Shown: piece after piece, positions 1 to 13,510 of the stretch
Numbering within the stretch: the stretch's first letter is position 1
How the letters are laid out: the number at the start of each line of letters is the position of its first letter
NCBI GenBank assembly: GCA_951406725.2
Contig: OX597822.1
Coordinates: 26,226,001-26,290,000, forward strand
Length of the DNA stretch: 64,000 bases
Source: Octopus vulgaris
Taxonomy: Eukaryota
Direction of reading: 5' to 3'
The notes under the pieces: model-generated
Seen by the model: the letters and a program-made list of their open reading frames with translations, nothing else
What the model was told of the DNA's origin: nothing
Database searches by the model: none
Translations under genes and position numbers: made by a program

Positions 1-646
1 TAAAAATATTTGAAGGACACACTGAATAATGTAACCCAACATTTATTATGTATGAGCAAATTATGGGAAAGGTATGGCTGCAGTGTATATGGCCATAAAT
101 CTCGATCAGAACAGAGTTGGAGCTAGAAAACAACATCTAACAGTGGCTATTGATTTGGGCAGTGGCTATAAAATGCCATCTGAAAATAAAAGGAACGGCA
201 CACTGGATAATGAAGTCCATGGTACATTATATCTATAATAAAAAACGTAGGAAAAGAAACAAGCGAGATTGTCATAACGGGATCGTCCTCGATTCTTTGA
301 TTTCTCGGTTAAGGATGAAATGAGATTGAGAGCTAAGTGTGGAAGAAGACGAGGAAGGAAGGAAGGAAGGACTACAAGGAGAATGTGAATGGGGTGGTTG
401 CGGAGGAAGGAAAAAGGGAAGGCGAACGATGAAGAGGACGAGGAAGGGATGGCGGAGATGAAGAAGAGGCGTATGAAGAAGATGAGGAATGAGGGGAGAT
501 GGAAGGGTAAATAATGAAGAGGAAGAGGCGGAAAATGGAGGAGAAGGGAAGGGGGAGCGAAAGTTGTGAGGTAAGGAGGATAAACAAGGACATCATTAAG
601 AAGTAATGCTAATTATAGCGACGAACAGTTGCGAAGTCAATAAAAG

Positions 647-888
<242 letters not shown>

Positions 889-1262
889 TGTGTGAGTATA
901 TAAATATATATATTATATATGGACAAGAACATGTGTATATACACCACATATGTATGTATATATATAACCATATACGGGACATACATAGCATCAGTCATCA
1001 TCATATATACCAGATCATCTATAGCATATATATATATATATATATATATTATATAAAACTATATATAAAATTGTGAATATGACTGTATACTACTATGAAC
1101 ATATATGTATAATATCATATGCATGAGTGTATATTCAATCAGAATGAATATTTAACATTCTCTCTCTCATTTTATTTATATTCAATTATATATATATCTA
1201 TCTATAATATATCATTATAAGATTGTAAATAAAACGTGAAAATCAGACAAGGTTGGAACTCT

Positions 1263-1294
<32 letters not shown>

Positions 1295-1404
1295 AGGGGA
1301 AGTGCTTCATTCCGTTCGCTATTGGCTAATTTGACATTGCATCGCTAAGAACACTTCCATGTTGTTGACCTAAATATAACTCACCCAGCGCATCTGAGTC
1401 ATAG

Positions 1405-1418
1405 GTAACTATGGCAAC
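1405..1418 (+). promoter_or_regulatory. Candidate RFX X-box GTAACT-AT-GGCAAC
   Basis: Fits the 14-bp X-box consensus RTHNYY-WT-RRNRAC. It lies in a non-repetitive CpG-containing island with a reverse CCAAT (ATTGG, 1321) and an AP-1 site TGAGTCA (1395-1401). Confidence 0.35.
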
Positions 1419-1512
1419 TATGGGATGCTAAGAAAACAAGTCTCGTAACCATATTCCAGGATGCGTGAAAACAACGGAGTAGGGGTTGAGCAAAGACGAT
1501 TATTTAGTGACT

Positions 1513-1645
1513 GTGGTAGTGGTGGTGGCGGGGGGGTTGTGGTGGTGGTGGTGGTGGTGGTGGTGGTGGTGGTGGTGGTGGTGGTGGTGGTGGTGGTTGT
1601 GGTGGTGGATAGTGGTGGTGGTGGTGGTGGTGGTGGTGGTGGTAA
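1513..1645. repeat. (GGT)n trinucleotide tract
   Basis: Read directly; source of the poly-V, poly-T and poly-H ORFs. Confidence 0.97.
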
Positions 1646-1938
1646 TGATGATTGGAAGGTGCTGAATATTATATAAGAGTGCGTCGAAAGTATGCTGGCG
1701 AAAATGGGGGCGCAGGTAGAAGTATGAATAAAAGGTGAAAATTTTGGTGGCGGCGGCAGCAGCGGCGACGGTGGTGGTGATAGCGGCGGCGGCGCACATA
1801 CATGCATACATACATACATACAAGCATATATGCATACATGTATACGTACGTATTCATTCATGTATGTATGGATGTACGTACATATATATACATGTACGTA
1901 CATACATGCATATATGCATATATATATATAAATATATA

Positions 1939-2052
<114 letters not shown>

Positions 2053-2071
2053 GTATATATATATATATACA

Positions 2072-2887
2072 CAACTATACTGGTCCAGGAGGGATCGAAA
2101 TCCCAGTATCGAAATCAATACGGGACCTGGGGATAGACATGAGTGACGATGCATCTTTTTCTTCACACATCGCGAAGGTGGCGACAATGTGCAGACGACT
2201 CACTGGCTGGATCCTGAGGACATTCCGGACAAGAGACTGCGAGACCATGTTGACACTATGGAGGACATTTGTCCTAAGCCGCCTGGACTACTGCTCCCAA
2301 CTGTGGTCACCGCATAGTGTCAAACTAACCACAGAGCTTGAGACAATCCAAAGACATTTCACCAAGAGGATTTCCACCATGAAAGAAAAGAACTATTGGG
2401 AGAGGCTTAGGGAACTCAATTTGTACTCCTTGGAACGAAGACGAGAGAGATATGCAGTGATATACATATGGAAAATCCTGGAGGGACTAGCACCAAATTT
2501 TGGAATTGAGAGCTGTTCCTATCCCCGTACAGGACGTCACTGTGTGGTGCCAAAGGTCCCGTCTTCCACATCCAGGGTAAGGAGCAGATACTGTAATAGC
2601 CTGGGGTTCAGGGGCCCTCAGCTTTTCAACAAACTGCCAAGAAAACTAAGAGATCTACATGATGCGGATGTGGACATTTTCAAAAAACATCTAGACAAGC
2701 TGCTTTCCGGGATCCCAGATGAACCCACTGCAAGGTACGAAGGTAACCTAAGGGCAGCAGCTACAAACTCTCTCTTAGATCAGTGGCCAGCCACGGCAAA
2801 CTGGACTTAGAGAGGGTAGCAACAAGGGCGGTGCCCCAGCATGGCCTCAGCCGGATGGCTGAAACAAGTAAAAGAGTAAAAGAGTAA
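2072..2887 (+). mobile_element. 5'-truncated CR1-group LINE: uninterrupted ORF2 C-terminus (stop at 2810), short 3' UTR and (GTAAAAGA)n tail
   Basis: Translation RDLGI..FSSHI..WILRTF..SRLDYCSQLWSP..LETIQRHFTKRI..YWERLRELNLYSLERRRER is the typical post-RT region of CR1/L2-group ORF2; it ends in an 8-bp tandem tail. Confidence 0.9.
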
Positions 2888-3566
2888 TATATATGTATAT
2901 ATATATGCATACATATATACGTAGTATATATTTAAGTATGGATGGATGTACGTACATATATATGTAGGAACGTTCTTGCATGCAAACATGCATACATATA
3001 TGCATATATACATATATGGATACATGTGTACGCACTTAATGTTGTTTAGCCCAAGGTCAGTACTTGATCGAACAGAAGAACCTATGATTAAAGGCATTCC
3101 AACCGTGACAACTTTCTCCTTTATTCAGACATACTGCATGATTGGCTCTCGTATATTATTTAATGCACTTTCTATTCTTTTTAATCGGTAATGTGTGATT
3201 TGAGGGAAATTTGGTTGCTATTTCTAACATATCGAACAAAGACGAATAAAAGAGTATATCAATATTGGTCACGGTGATGGCGATGATACTATTGGAGATG
3301 ATGGCGATAAAATGGCTATGGTTGTGGTAAATGCGAGTGGTGGAGGTGGTGATGGTGGTGTTGATGTGGTGGTGTTGATGGTGATGGTGATGATAATAGT
3401 GATGATGGTGGTAGTGGTGGTAGTACTGATATTAATGATTCTTAAATTAGCTTTAAAATAATACCTTAATTTAACACACACACATACATAGATCTATATC
3501 TACATAATCCTCTCCACACACACCTACACTCACCCCACACACATATACATACATACATACATATAT

Positions 3567-3621
<55 letters not shown>

Positions 3622-3622
3622 T

Positions 3623-3995
3623 AATGACCAAGTTTAAATACTGCTGGATCTCACTCATAAGGTATTGGAATCTTACATTGTGTATAAACTCTATATCTGG
3701 AATGACCCATTTTAAATTCTGTTGGATTTTACTCATAAGGTATTGGAATCTTACATATACACCATTCTGCCTAAAAACTGGATCTACAACTTCAATATCC
3801 CTACATATCTCGCATCTATTTTCTTTCCTCCACCTCACTCTCTGTTTTGTATCCTATCTAAATTAAGTATTACTTAACCATCGCCTCACACCGTCTCTGA
3901 TGAAGGGATATATAAAATATCCTGGAAACAGCTGTAAGACCTTTTATCTATAAATGTTTTAATATCTGCACAAACTTGGTTTTTTATCTTATTAC
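3623..3995 (+). mobile_element. Penelope-like element terminal-repeat fragment (same family as 33600-33860 and 50810-51110), with an internal ~78-bp tandem duplication at 3623-3760
   Basis: Homologous to two minus-strand copies in the window and contains a minimal hammerhead motif. Confidence 0.65.
3893..3940 (+). ncRNA. Minimal type I hammerhead ribozyme motif
   Basis: GTCT-CTGATGA-a-GGGATA(tataaaa)TATCCT-g-GAAA-CAGCTG-TA-AGAC: stem I GTCT/AGAC, intact core, stem II, palindromic helix III, GUA cleavage triplet. Confidence 0.85.
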
Positions 3996-4000
3996 GCAAA

Positions 4001-4043
<43 letters not shown>

Positions 4044-4084
4044 CATACACATATATATGTGTGTGTGTGTGTGTGTGTGCGTGC

Positions 4085-4133
<49 letters not shown>

Positions 4134-5374
4134 TGTGTGCGTGCGTGCACCAGCGGGCGTTTTATTTAGTAATAGAAAGACAAAGCTAATTTCTATTGAC
4201 AGAAAGAGACGGAAGTACCGGTGGCATCGCTTATCACATATCTTTTGGTTCAACAACTACGGGAAAAGGCCATCGAAGTTGGCTGTGTCCAAATTCCTGA
4301 ATCCTAGCACGGAACCATTGTAGAAAAGTGACTGCAAGCTACGTATATATACGCGCGCACGTGCATGTGTGTGTGTGTGTGGTGCTTCTACGATCCAAAA
4401 ATATAGGCACAGTCTCAGCGGCGTTTCCTTGTAGTTGCTGAAGCAAAAGACTTATGATGTGTGACGTCACCGTTTCTTCTGTCACTTTCCTTAAAAAGAA
4501 ATAGCAAAAGGTGTCATACTATATCTGCAACTTGATATTTGCACTCTCTTTCTCTTCACTGATGACGTGTAGTCGTCTATATGATAATTTTCTGTCAAAC
4601 ATAGATTGCACCGTTTTGAGCTATCATTGTATGTAGTGCCTCAGTCCAAGATGAGATTATGCAATGTCTGTACACTCCTTCTATGAGTGATAATGTCTTT
4701 TTTGCAGCGCTTCAAAGATATCATGTGATGGCACGCACAACTAGATATCAAACGTTGTTGCACAAAAGCTCAATTCACTGCTGGCGGCTTACCAACTACG
4801 CTACATATTTATGACATACAAGTACAACTTATCTGAATAGTTATCATTGGCTTCGCAGCATTATTGAAGTTTTTCATTCCTCAAAATGTGGCCCTGTTTT
4901 CTTATTGTCGTTGCTACTTGCTGCTTATTAGGCCAAGAGAAAATTTTCTAGCTCAATTGCTATGGTTACTGATGTACGAATTTTAACGGCTTAGTTACAT
5001 TTAAGACTATCAGTAATAAAGTCTTCATAACGATACATTGTATATCAAATGATAGAATAATGATTTAAATGATGAACAAGTTTGAGTATTTTCAATGTTT
5101 TAAAAATCTTAAATAATCTCAGTAGGGGTTATTTAAGGGTTTAAATATGGTCTTTAGAGAAAATATTAAGGAGTTAGTTTTTAGCTATTGAGGAAGGAAC
5201 AAGTTCTATAATCAGATTTAGTTGACTTCTTAAAAATTCCGTGTTATAATTAACCCCATTCCTTACATCGTTGTTAATGAATTATTTTAACAACCCTCCT
5301 TTTCAGTTAAGTTCTGATCAAGACGTTCGCTGATCAAAGGTGTTTCGTTCGTAATCATTCTGTCTGTTGCTTTT

Positions 5375-5620
<246 letters not shown>

Positions 5621-5625
5621 CATGC

Positions 5626-5838
5626 AAGGCGGCAAGCTGTCCGAATAGTAATTCGCCGGGCGAAATGTTTAGCGGTATTTCTTCTCCTGCTACGTTCTGA
5701 GTTCAAATTCCACCGAGGTCCACTTTACCTTTCATCCTTCCGGGGTCAACAAATTTCATCAGTGAAATCCTGGGGTTGTTGTAATCGACAAGTCCCCTTC
5801 CCACAAATTTCAGGCCTTGTGCTTTTAGTAGAAAAGAT
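5626..5838 (+). mobile_element. SINE family B copy (GGCGGCGAGCTGGCAGAA...GAGTTCAAATTCC head)
   Basis: Homologous to 23093-23287, 29579-29812 and minus-strand copies near 13632-13790, 32805-32990, 52855-53066 and 58180-58530; B-box-like GAGTTCAAATTCC. Confidence 0.8.
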
Positions 5839-5849
5839 TATTATTATTA

Positions 5850-6045
5850 CATGCTACATTAGCACGGATGATGTCTTCTTGAGGTTTGATGGCAACAAGT
5901 ATCCTCAAGTTTCAAGAATCTTTTTTTAAGATCCTTGCAGAAAACAGGATTGTATTTTTTCTGCAAGTCGACAATGCGAGTCCTAATTCCAATATCCCTA
6001 AATTTCTTATGTAGCAGTTTAGGTGCTGTACTAAGTGCACCAACT
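5850..6045 (-). mobile_element. R4/Dong-type non-LTR retrotransposon, extreme 3' end
   Basis: Minus-strand VGALSTAPKLLHKKFRDIGIRTRIVDLQK matches the C-terminus of the other REL-endonuclease fragments here (IVGALET..LQKTALLG); followed by (AAT)n. Confidence 0.7.
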
Positions 6046-6115
6046 GAGGAGGAGGAGGAGGAGGAGGAGACTCCCTTCGGTGCACTGTCATGTTCAGTGA
6101 CGCCTTCTTTTAACC

Positions 6116-6328
6116 CGGTGGTTTTCAACAGGGATCCATATGGCCCCTGAAGGTCCATATAAGATTTTGGGAGATCCAAGCACCAAAATAGTAAATTGGG
6201 GATCCATCATTGTATTTTAGGGGCCTCTGAAAAATTTTTCTTTGGAACATTAAATGGCTATGGGGTCCACCAGAATGAAATAGTAATCAAAGGGGGTCCA
6301 TAGATAAAAAAATGGTTGAGAACTCCTG
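6116..6328. mobile_element. hAT-like MITE
   Basis: Ends CGGTGGTTTTCAAC and GTTGAGAACTCCTG; flanks TTTTAACC and CTTTAACC match at 7 of 8 positions, consistent with an 8-bp TSD. Confidence 0.75.
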
Positions 6329-6412
6329 CTTTAACCTAACTTCAGTCCCGCTGAAATGAACATATGATCAATGGCACGCAAATCAAGATCATCGTATCTT
6401 GTTTTGAAACAA

Positions 6413-6683
6413 ACTCTTTTACTCTTTTATTTGTTTCAGTCATTTGACTGTGGCCATGCTGGAGCACCGCCTTTTAGTCGAGCAAATCGAACCCAGGACT
6501 TATTCTTTGTAAGCCTAGTACTTATTCTATCGGTCTCTTTTGCCGAACCGCTAAGTTACGGGGACGTAAACACACCAGCATCGGTTGTCAAGCGATGTTG
6601 AAGGGACAAACACAAACACACATAATGGCGGTGCCCCAGCATGGCCACAGCTTGTGAGCTGAAACTAAATAAAATAAAATAAA

Positions 6684-6716
<33 letters not shown>

Positions 6717-6868
6717 CGACGGGCTTCTTTCAGTTTCCGTCTACCAAATCCACTCACAAGGCTTTGGTCGGTCCGAGGCTATAGTAGAAGACACTTGCCC
6801 AAGGTGCCACGCAGTTGGAATGAACCCAGAACCATGTGGTTGGTAAGCAAGCTACTTACCACACAGCC
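6413..6868 (-). mobile_element. tRNA-headed SINE family A, with a plus-strand LINE/SINE 3'-tail fragment (6627-6686) nested in its internal microsatellite
   Basis: Reverse complement of the 41793-42202 copy. Confidence 0.9.
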
Positions 6869-7171
6869 TGCATTACCTAGTTCGTCATTTCATTGGAGAG
6901 TTGGCTTCTATTTTTAGCAAGTTTGTTGGCCATGTGAAGCTGAGACGTTCCTTCATTGACTCGATGGTGACTAGTCTAATGCAACTCGTCTCTAGTCATT
7001 TACATAAGAAAATAACTAACTAATCCGTGTAAGAATAGATACTGAATAGTCCACAAATTTGGTTCTTCATCTATAATCTTTTCTCATACAAATGACTGTG
7101 CTATTAATGGGGAAAGAAAATAAAGCATCTAATTTTATGGCGAAACAAACGAATACAACACCATCTTCCCA

Positions 7172-7246
<75 letters not shown>

Positions 7247-7365
7247 TTATGCATATGTATACACACAGCTTTTCGTTGCATAAATGAAAGGAAAAGTAAC
7301 CAATGCTTATTGTAAAGAATAATTATTTATTGCATGCAGCTGGTTTCACCCATGTTGCTTCTCAG

Positions 7366-7420
7366 AGTTTCACGTTATGCAAGTTTCACGTTATGCAAGT
7401 TTCACGTTATGCAAGTTTCA
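7366..7420 (+). repeat. 16-bp tandem repeat AGTTTCACGTTATGCA, about 3.4 copies
   Basis: Units start at 7366, 7382, 7398 and 7414. Confidence 0.95.
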
Positions 7421-7885
7421 TCGAGCGACGAAGCGTACAACACGTAAAATTCCGAGTAGCGACAAAGAGAACGAGAGGAAAATAGCGAATGGAAAATAGA
7501 AACGTCGTGCAAGAAAAGATTGTCATGCGACGAGAAGAAAGATGAACGATGGTCCCTGTTCTGGTCTCACGACTTTCTATGTTTGTTTTCGTTCAGTGTA
7601 CTTGTATGTCTTCAGTATCCTGTTTTTCTTCCCAAATTTGATTCTCCATTAATCCAAAATTTTATTTTGGAATTTATGGGGACAACTGTCTTTGAAGAAT
7701 CATATTGTCGATGAATGCTCGAAATGAGAAGTAGATAGACAAGCCGACGTCTGATGAAGGGTCGTTCTCTGTGTTTATGTGTCCTGTTTTCCATTGTTTT
7801 CTCTCGTTGTTTGCGTATTTAACTCGTTTCTTTTTACACTTCATGTTGTTTTCACAGTTGGTGACGTCCTGTTCCAATATATGCA

Positions 7886-7942
<57 letters not shown>

Positions 7943-7971
7943 CTATATCATTTATATATATGTGTGTGTGT

Positions 7972-8019
<48 letters not shown>

Positions 8020-8034
8020 TATATATATGCACAT

Positions 8035-8070
<36 letters not shown>

Positions 8071-8607
8071 GTACATGTATACATTATATATATATATGTG
8101 TTTGTGTGTGTGTGTATGTGTACACACACACACGCACGCACGCACGCACACACACAATCACACACACAGAAGGATGTGTGTGTTTATGAGATTAAATATT
8201 TCGGTCCTTTTTCGCGAACGGGAAAACAACAGCTGTGAATCAATGAGCCGGTTGTTGTTGTAGTATAACATTTCTGATTGAGTAGACTATGATTAAGGGT
8301 ATTCCACCAGTGACCATCAAGTCATTTTCCAATGTGCAAGAAACATGAGGTCACATTATAAATATTTCTTTTCTAAGATGTGCAAGAGGGCATTTAAGGG
8401 AGATTTGGCTCTAGTTTCTATGATATACGACCCCCAAAAAGCATCCTACAATCTCTTTTTAGGGCTTTCATGAGTGGTAAGAGGAAGGGAAGCGACCTTG
8501 ACTCAAATGATTGCAACAGCGTTACTGGATTGTTTTGTACAACACTTCCAAATTTACATTCAATATACAAATGCGTTGTAGTAGTTTTCTGTGATTGTGT
8601 TGTATAG

Positions 8608-9008
8608 TACTACGAGCAAAACGCCCCCGCCCCACCCCCGTCCAATGGACGGTGCTGAATTGTCAAACATTTAAACCAAATTTTCTCAAAACAACTTGTC
8701 CGACCGTCCCATTTTGTGACATTATTTCAAGCCAGCCGGCTTTTTTTGTGCAAACTGCATGTGCATTTTTCTCGCGTACGTGTAGTATCGATCGCAACAG
8801 CTGATGTACTTGCGCATACAAATGCACGCTCCCACGGTTTTATCGATTGCATTCTCACCTGGAATCGATTTTTGTAATTTTTTCAAGACTTATACACGCC
8901 CTGATACCGTCGGTATCTACATATCAAATTTGAGTGCGATTGGATGGAGGATGCCCGAGATCCTAGAAGACACACACACAGACAGACAGAACGATTTTAT
9001 ATAATTGA
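8608..9008 (-). mobile_element. Possible non-autonomous Helitron-like element
   Basis: The minus strand starts TCAATTATATAAAA then (TCTG)n, has a GC-rich subterminal tract and ends ...CGTAGTA. No TIR or TSD seen; resemblance only. Confidence 0.35.
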
Positions 9009-9397
9009 CAAGTTCGGATTACTAAGCTTGTAGTGATATGAAATATGTGCGTTATAGCTTTTTGTAACAATAAAATATTACTCACGCAGATCCAAGCAAT
9101 ACTTAACAGAGTATTTTTGCTTCGTTGCATATTTAGTTTTGTGCATGAGACGCATTTTTACCAACACAAAAAAATGTCTTAAAAAATCACTTCGGACCCT
9201 GTATACGATGCTGATCCTACCACAAGTTAATGTTGCCCCTAGCGCGCACTTTTTCCTGAATATACGCAACAGAAATTAGGGTTCGACTAATATGCCCGCA
9301 CGTCTTTTACACCATCAAATACGGTATTGTCTTGGATTCGTTATATTTAGCTGGATGATTGGGGTGTCATATAGGACTTCCACAGTCCACGACGCGT

Positions 9398-9775
9398 GTG
9401 ATTATAATGGTGTTTGAGGATTGATCGGAAGGAGTGGAGTGCAATGCAGGACTGGCCTAATCGATGATGGATGTGATTATAACGGTGTTTGGGGATTGAT
9501 TGAAAAGAGTAGAGTGCAATACAGGACTGGCATAATCGATGATGGATGTGATTATAATGGTGTTTGGGGATTGATTGAAAAGTGTAGAGTGCAATGTAGG
9601 ATTGGCATAATCGATGGAGGATGTCATTATAACTGTGCCATGAGAGTGATTGGATAGATGGAGAGCAATGCAGAACTGGCATAATCGATGATGGATGTGG
9701 CTATAAAATTAACTAGGGAAATCAGAGTGCCGTGAAGGACCGACATAATCCGTGATAGACGTGATTATAATGTTG
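9398..9775. repeat. 75-bp minisatellite, about 5 diverging units
   Basis: GTGATTATAA-type unit starts at 9398, 9473, 9548, 9623, 9697 and 9761. Confidence 0.92.
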
Positions 9776-9918
9776 GTGTGATGTTGACGCGAAACACTGA
9801 GTGCCGGAGAGGATTGACACGACATGGTTGATCTAATAATAATGGTAGTGCAATAATGTCGGATGAGTAAAAAGAAAAGGAGAAAAGAATGAAATAAACT
9901 AGGACGGTGGGGGGACTA

Positions 9919-9986
<68 letters not shown>

Positions 9987-10397
9987 GAGAATGGCAGCGA
10001 CGTGTGACGGAAGGGGGCGTTGCAGTTATTTTTGATAGGAAACATAGACCGTCGCCATATCTTTCGAATCGCATAATAAGAATGCGCTCCCATAGCAACA
10101 GTTACTATAGAAATGATGCTGTTGTCGCTGTTGGTCGTCATAGTAGCAGTGGTGTTGTTGCCAGTGCTGTTGTTGCCGAAGGTTTGCTGAAATTATTGCT
10201 GCTTCGTTACTCTAAAAGCAAGCTTGTAACCCTATACAGAATTTTTCGGGCCATTGCCGAGCCCTGGAGGTATTACGTAAACTCACGCGCACATACACAC
10301 ACTACCACATGGATATAGCTTCATTAAGCAGTTGATGTTCTTTATAATTACGTTCGTATGTATGTATGTATGTATGTATGTATGCATGCTTGTGACC

Positions 10398-10525
<128 letters not shown>

Positions 10526-10655
10526 CGAGCGTACTTTTATGGCAAACTTGATCTTTATAGGAGGAAGTAAGAATTACTTCTGGCACTTAGAGTACTCACT
10601 TATAGTAACAGCTGTGCATTTTGCATAATTGTATGTGTATATATAGATATTCCAT

Positions 10656-10716
<61 letters not shown>

Positions 10717-10979
10717 ACACACACACATATATATATTTATATATATGCAGGGCGGCCCAAAAGTAGGTTTACAGTTATCACGTAAGCACTTTAAATTTCT
10801 TTTAAAACATTTTATTACATATAAATTTCTATCTTACAAACTGAAAAGGGAGCTTGACAAAATTAACTAAATTTGGATAGGATAATGGTTTCATATTTTT
10901 TCATAATTAAAATCTAAACTGTTAATATATGAATGCGAAAGAGATAGTTTGAATTTCCATATCTCTTATCTCAATCTCC

Positions 10980-11156
10980 TACTCGATTCGTTTCCTCATC
11001 TCTTTCGCAGCAACCGTAAACCGGGTGTGTCTATTCACTTCCAACAGAGAGTAGTCGCCCTATTTCATTCCATAATGGCTACCTCTGAAGAGCGCAAGAT
11101 TACATAATCGGACTGTTACCTAACACTCCGTTGAACACCTAGTGCAAAACCGATTG
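10980..11156 (+). other. Candidate first (probably non-coding) exon or promoter-proximal segment ending at donor G|GTAAGA
   Basis: Unique CpG-retaining segment with a good donor at 11157; CpG becomes visibly scarce downstream. The start is arbitrary. Confidence 0.3.
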
Positions 11157-11317
11157 GTAAGATCGGCCGTGATGGATATATACAACTGTATACCTCGATT
11201 AATATATATATACATATATATATACATATAAATATATACATATATACATATATATACGTATATATCCATATATATATATACATATGTATACATATACATA
11301 CATATATATACATATAC

Positions 11318-11464
<147 letters not shown>

Positions 11465-11899
11465 CGTTTTTTTTAGTTTTATTAACAAAAATAAAATATA
11501 TACACTTTAGAAATTTGGATTCAGAAATTTGGTTTCATAAACTTGATTTCATAAATTTGGTTTTCGAACTTTGGACCTAAGCATAAATAAATCTAATAAC
11601 AAAGTAACCATTTAAACTATAAGTTCATGACACAAAACGGCTGCCAGACTGCATCAGTAATTATAGTTAAAAAAATAGGGTAAATGTTGTATACCCTACG
11701 CGACTTATTTGGAGAATGAACTACTAATCTCCTTACTCATCTTTAGAGGGAACGTCTCTAAAACCTCTTTCACTTATATTTCCAAATAATCGTTATAGCC
11801 TTTAGTTTTTGTTAATACCTAACTGGACTGAGACCTCTTCTTTCTGTCTCATAAAGATAAATATGAATCTCCTAAATCCAACTCTGCTTTTTCCTTTAT

Positions 11900-12620
11900 C
11901 AATTGAAAAAGAATATACACCACACAAGTGCAACAGACCTCAGCTGAATGTATGAGAAGAGGGTCAAAAGCATGACTCACATTGTTAGTACTAGTGAAAG
12001 TCTTACACAGAAAGAGTACAAGTGTTGACACGACAAGGTAAACCAAAACCTCCACTGGTTACTATGCTGTAAGCATGGACATGAGGTTATGGGTGCTTGG
12101 TGCCAACATACACCAATAAAAGTAATGGATGAAAAGGGGAAGGCAAAAATCCCCTGGGACTTTGACTTCCAGACAGACAAGGTGTTAGAGCACCGAAGAC
12201 CAGACATAGTAACCTTTAGGAGGGACAAACAAGAGGGCCTAATAATTGACGTGGCAGTGCCAGGAGATCGATATATCATCATGAAAGAAAGAGAAAAGGT
12301 TGATAAATATGGAGACCTGAGAATTGGGATCGTTAAGATGTGGCTGCTATGAGAGCCAAGCATAAAGGTTATCCCTATTGTTATTGGAGCATTGGGTTCA
12401 ATACCATCCAATCTGAAAAAAATATCTGGAAACTTTAGAAATACCCTACAATATAGTTGTATTGCAAAAGTCGGCATTACTTGGAACTGCACAATATTGT
12501 GTAAAGTACTATCTATCTGAGGTCCTTGTGATTTGACAAACAGTACAAACCCCCGGTAGTCACAATATCTTCAATTAAACCTCATGATATTGTATACTGT
12601 GTGACGTCTATTACAACAAT
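11900..12620 (+). mobile_element. R4/Dong-type non-LTR retrotransposon 3' fragment (restriction-like endonuclease), decayed
   Basis: KIPWDFDFQTDKVLEHRRPDIV..LIIDVAVPGD..KEREKVDKYGDL..KVIPIVIGALG carries the PD..D..K motif; stops and frameshifts present. Confidence 0.9.
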
Positions 12621-12674
12621 ACACTACCACTACTATTACTAATCATAATAATAATAATGATAATAATAATAATA

Positions 12675-13410
12675 AACAGAGGCTCTAATCTGTGCTGCCC
12701 AAGAGCAAGCATTAAGAACCAATTGCATCAAATACAGAATAGACAACACATCAGAAAGTGATAATGCAGAACTTGTAGACAAAATGGTAAAACCATATGG
12801 CATATTACCAATCAATGTATGCCACTAGCCCAGGAAGAATATAAGAGACATCATGACAATATAGCAAGGATTGTCCATTGGACACTTTGCAACAAGTATG
12901 GACTTCACAAAGCAAAAATGTAGTATGAACATAAACCCAAAGGCGTCATTGAAAATAATAATGCAAAGATCCTATGGGATTTATAATTCAGTGTGACCAT
13001 GAGATAGAGAACAGGAAACCAGACATAATGTTGAGAAAGAAAGTAAACGATGCTGGATCATAGATATAGCATTACCAGCTGACAACAAGCTATGCGATGA
13101 GGAAGAAAGAAAAGTCGATAGATATGACAGGGTAGTTTGGGAGGTTAAACAGTTGTGGCCACTGGAAAAGGTGGTAGTAGTACCAATAATTGTCGGAGCC
13201 CTGGAAACATTGAGTAAAAACCTTGAGAGGTACATGGAACAAATAGGGGCTGCAATAAGGGTGGAGCACTTGCAGAAAACAGCACTGCTTGGAATCACTC
13301 AAATACTCTGGATGGTGCTCAAAAAATAAGGAGTGTTACCTTATTCCACTGGTTGTGAACAGCTGACATGGTAGTACAACTCCAGCGTTAGAAGCTGTGC
13401 AAAGACAATA
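12675..13410 (+). mobile_element. Second R4/Dong-type 3' fragment flanked by (AAT)n
   Basis: TEALICAAQEQALRTN..CCHC-like region..HDNIARIVHW..KILWD..RKPDI..WIIDIALPAD..VVVVPIIVGALETL..LQKTALLG, stop near 13330. Confidence 0.92.
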
Positions 13411-13426
13411 AAATAATAATAATAAC

Positions 13427-13510
<84 letters not shown>

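Noticed and set aside
7745-7790. CTGATGA-AGGG as a hammerhead
   Set aside because: No stem II closing into GAAA downstream.
10748-10830. Tc1/mariner element starting CAGGGCGGCCCAAAAGTAGG
   Set aside because: Looks like a single terminal repeat; no matching second end or transposase sequence found.
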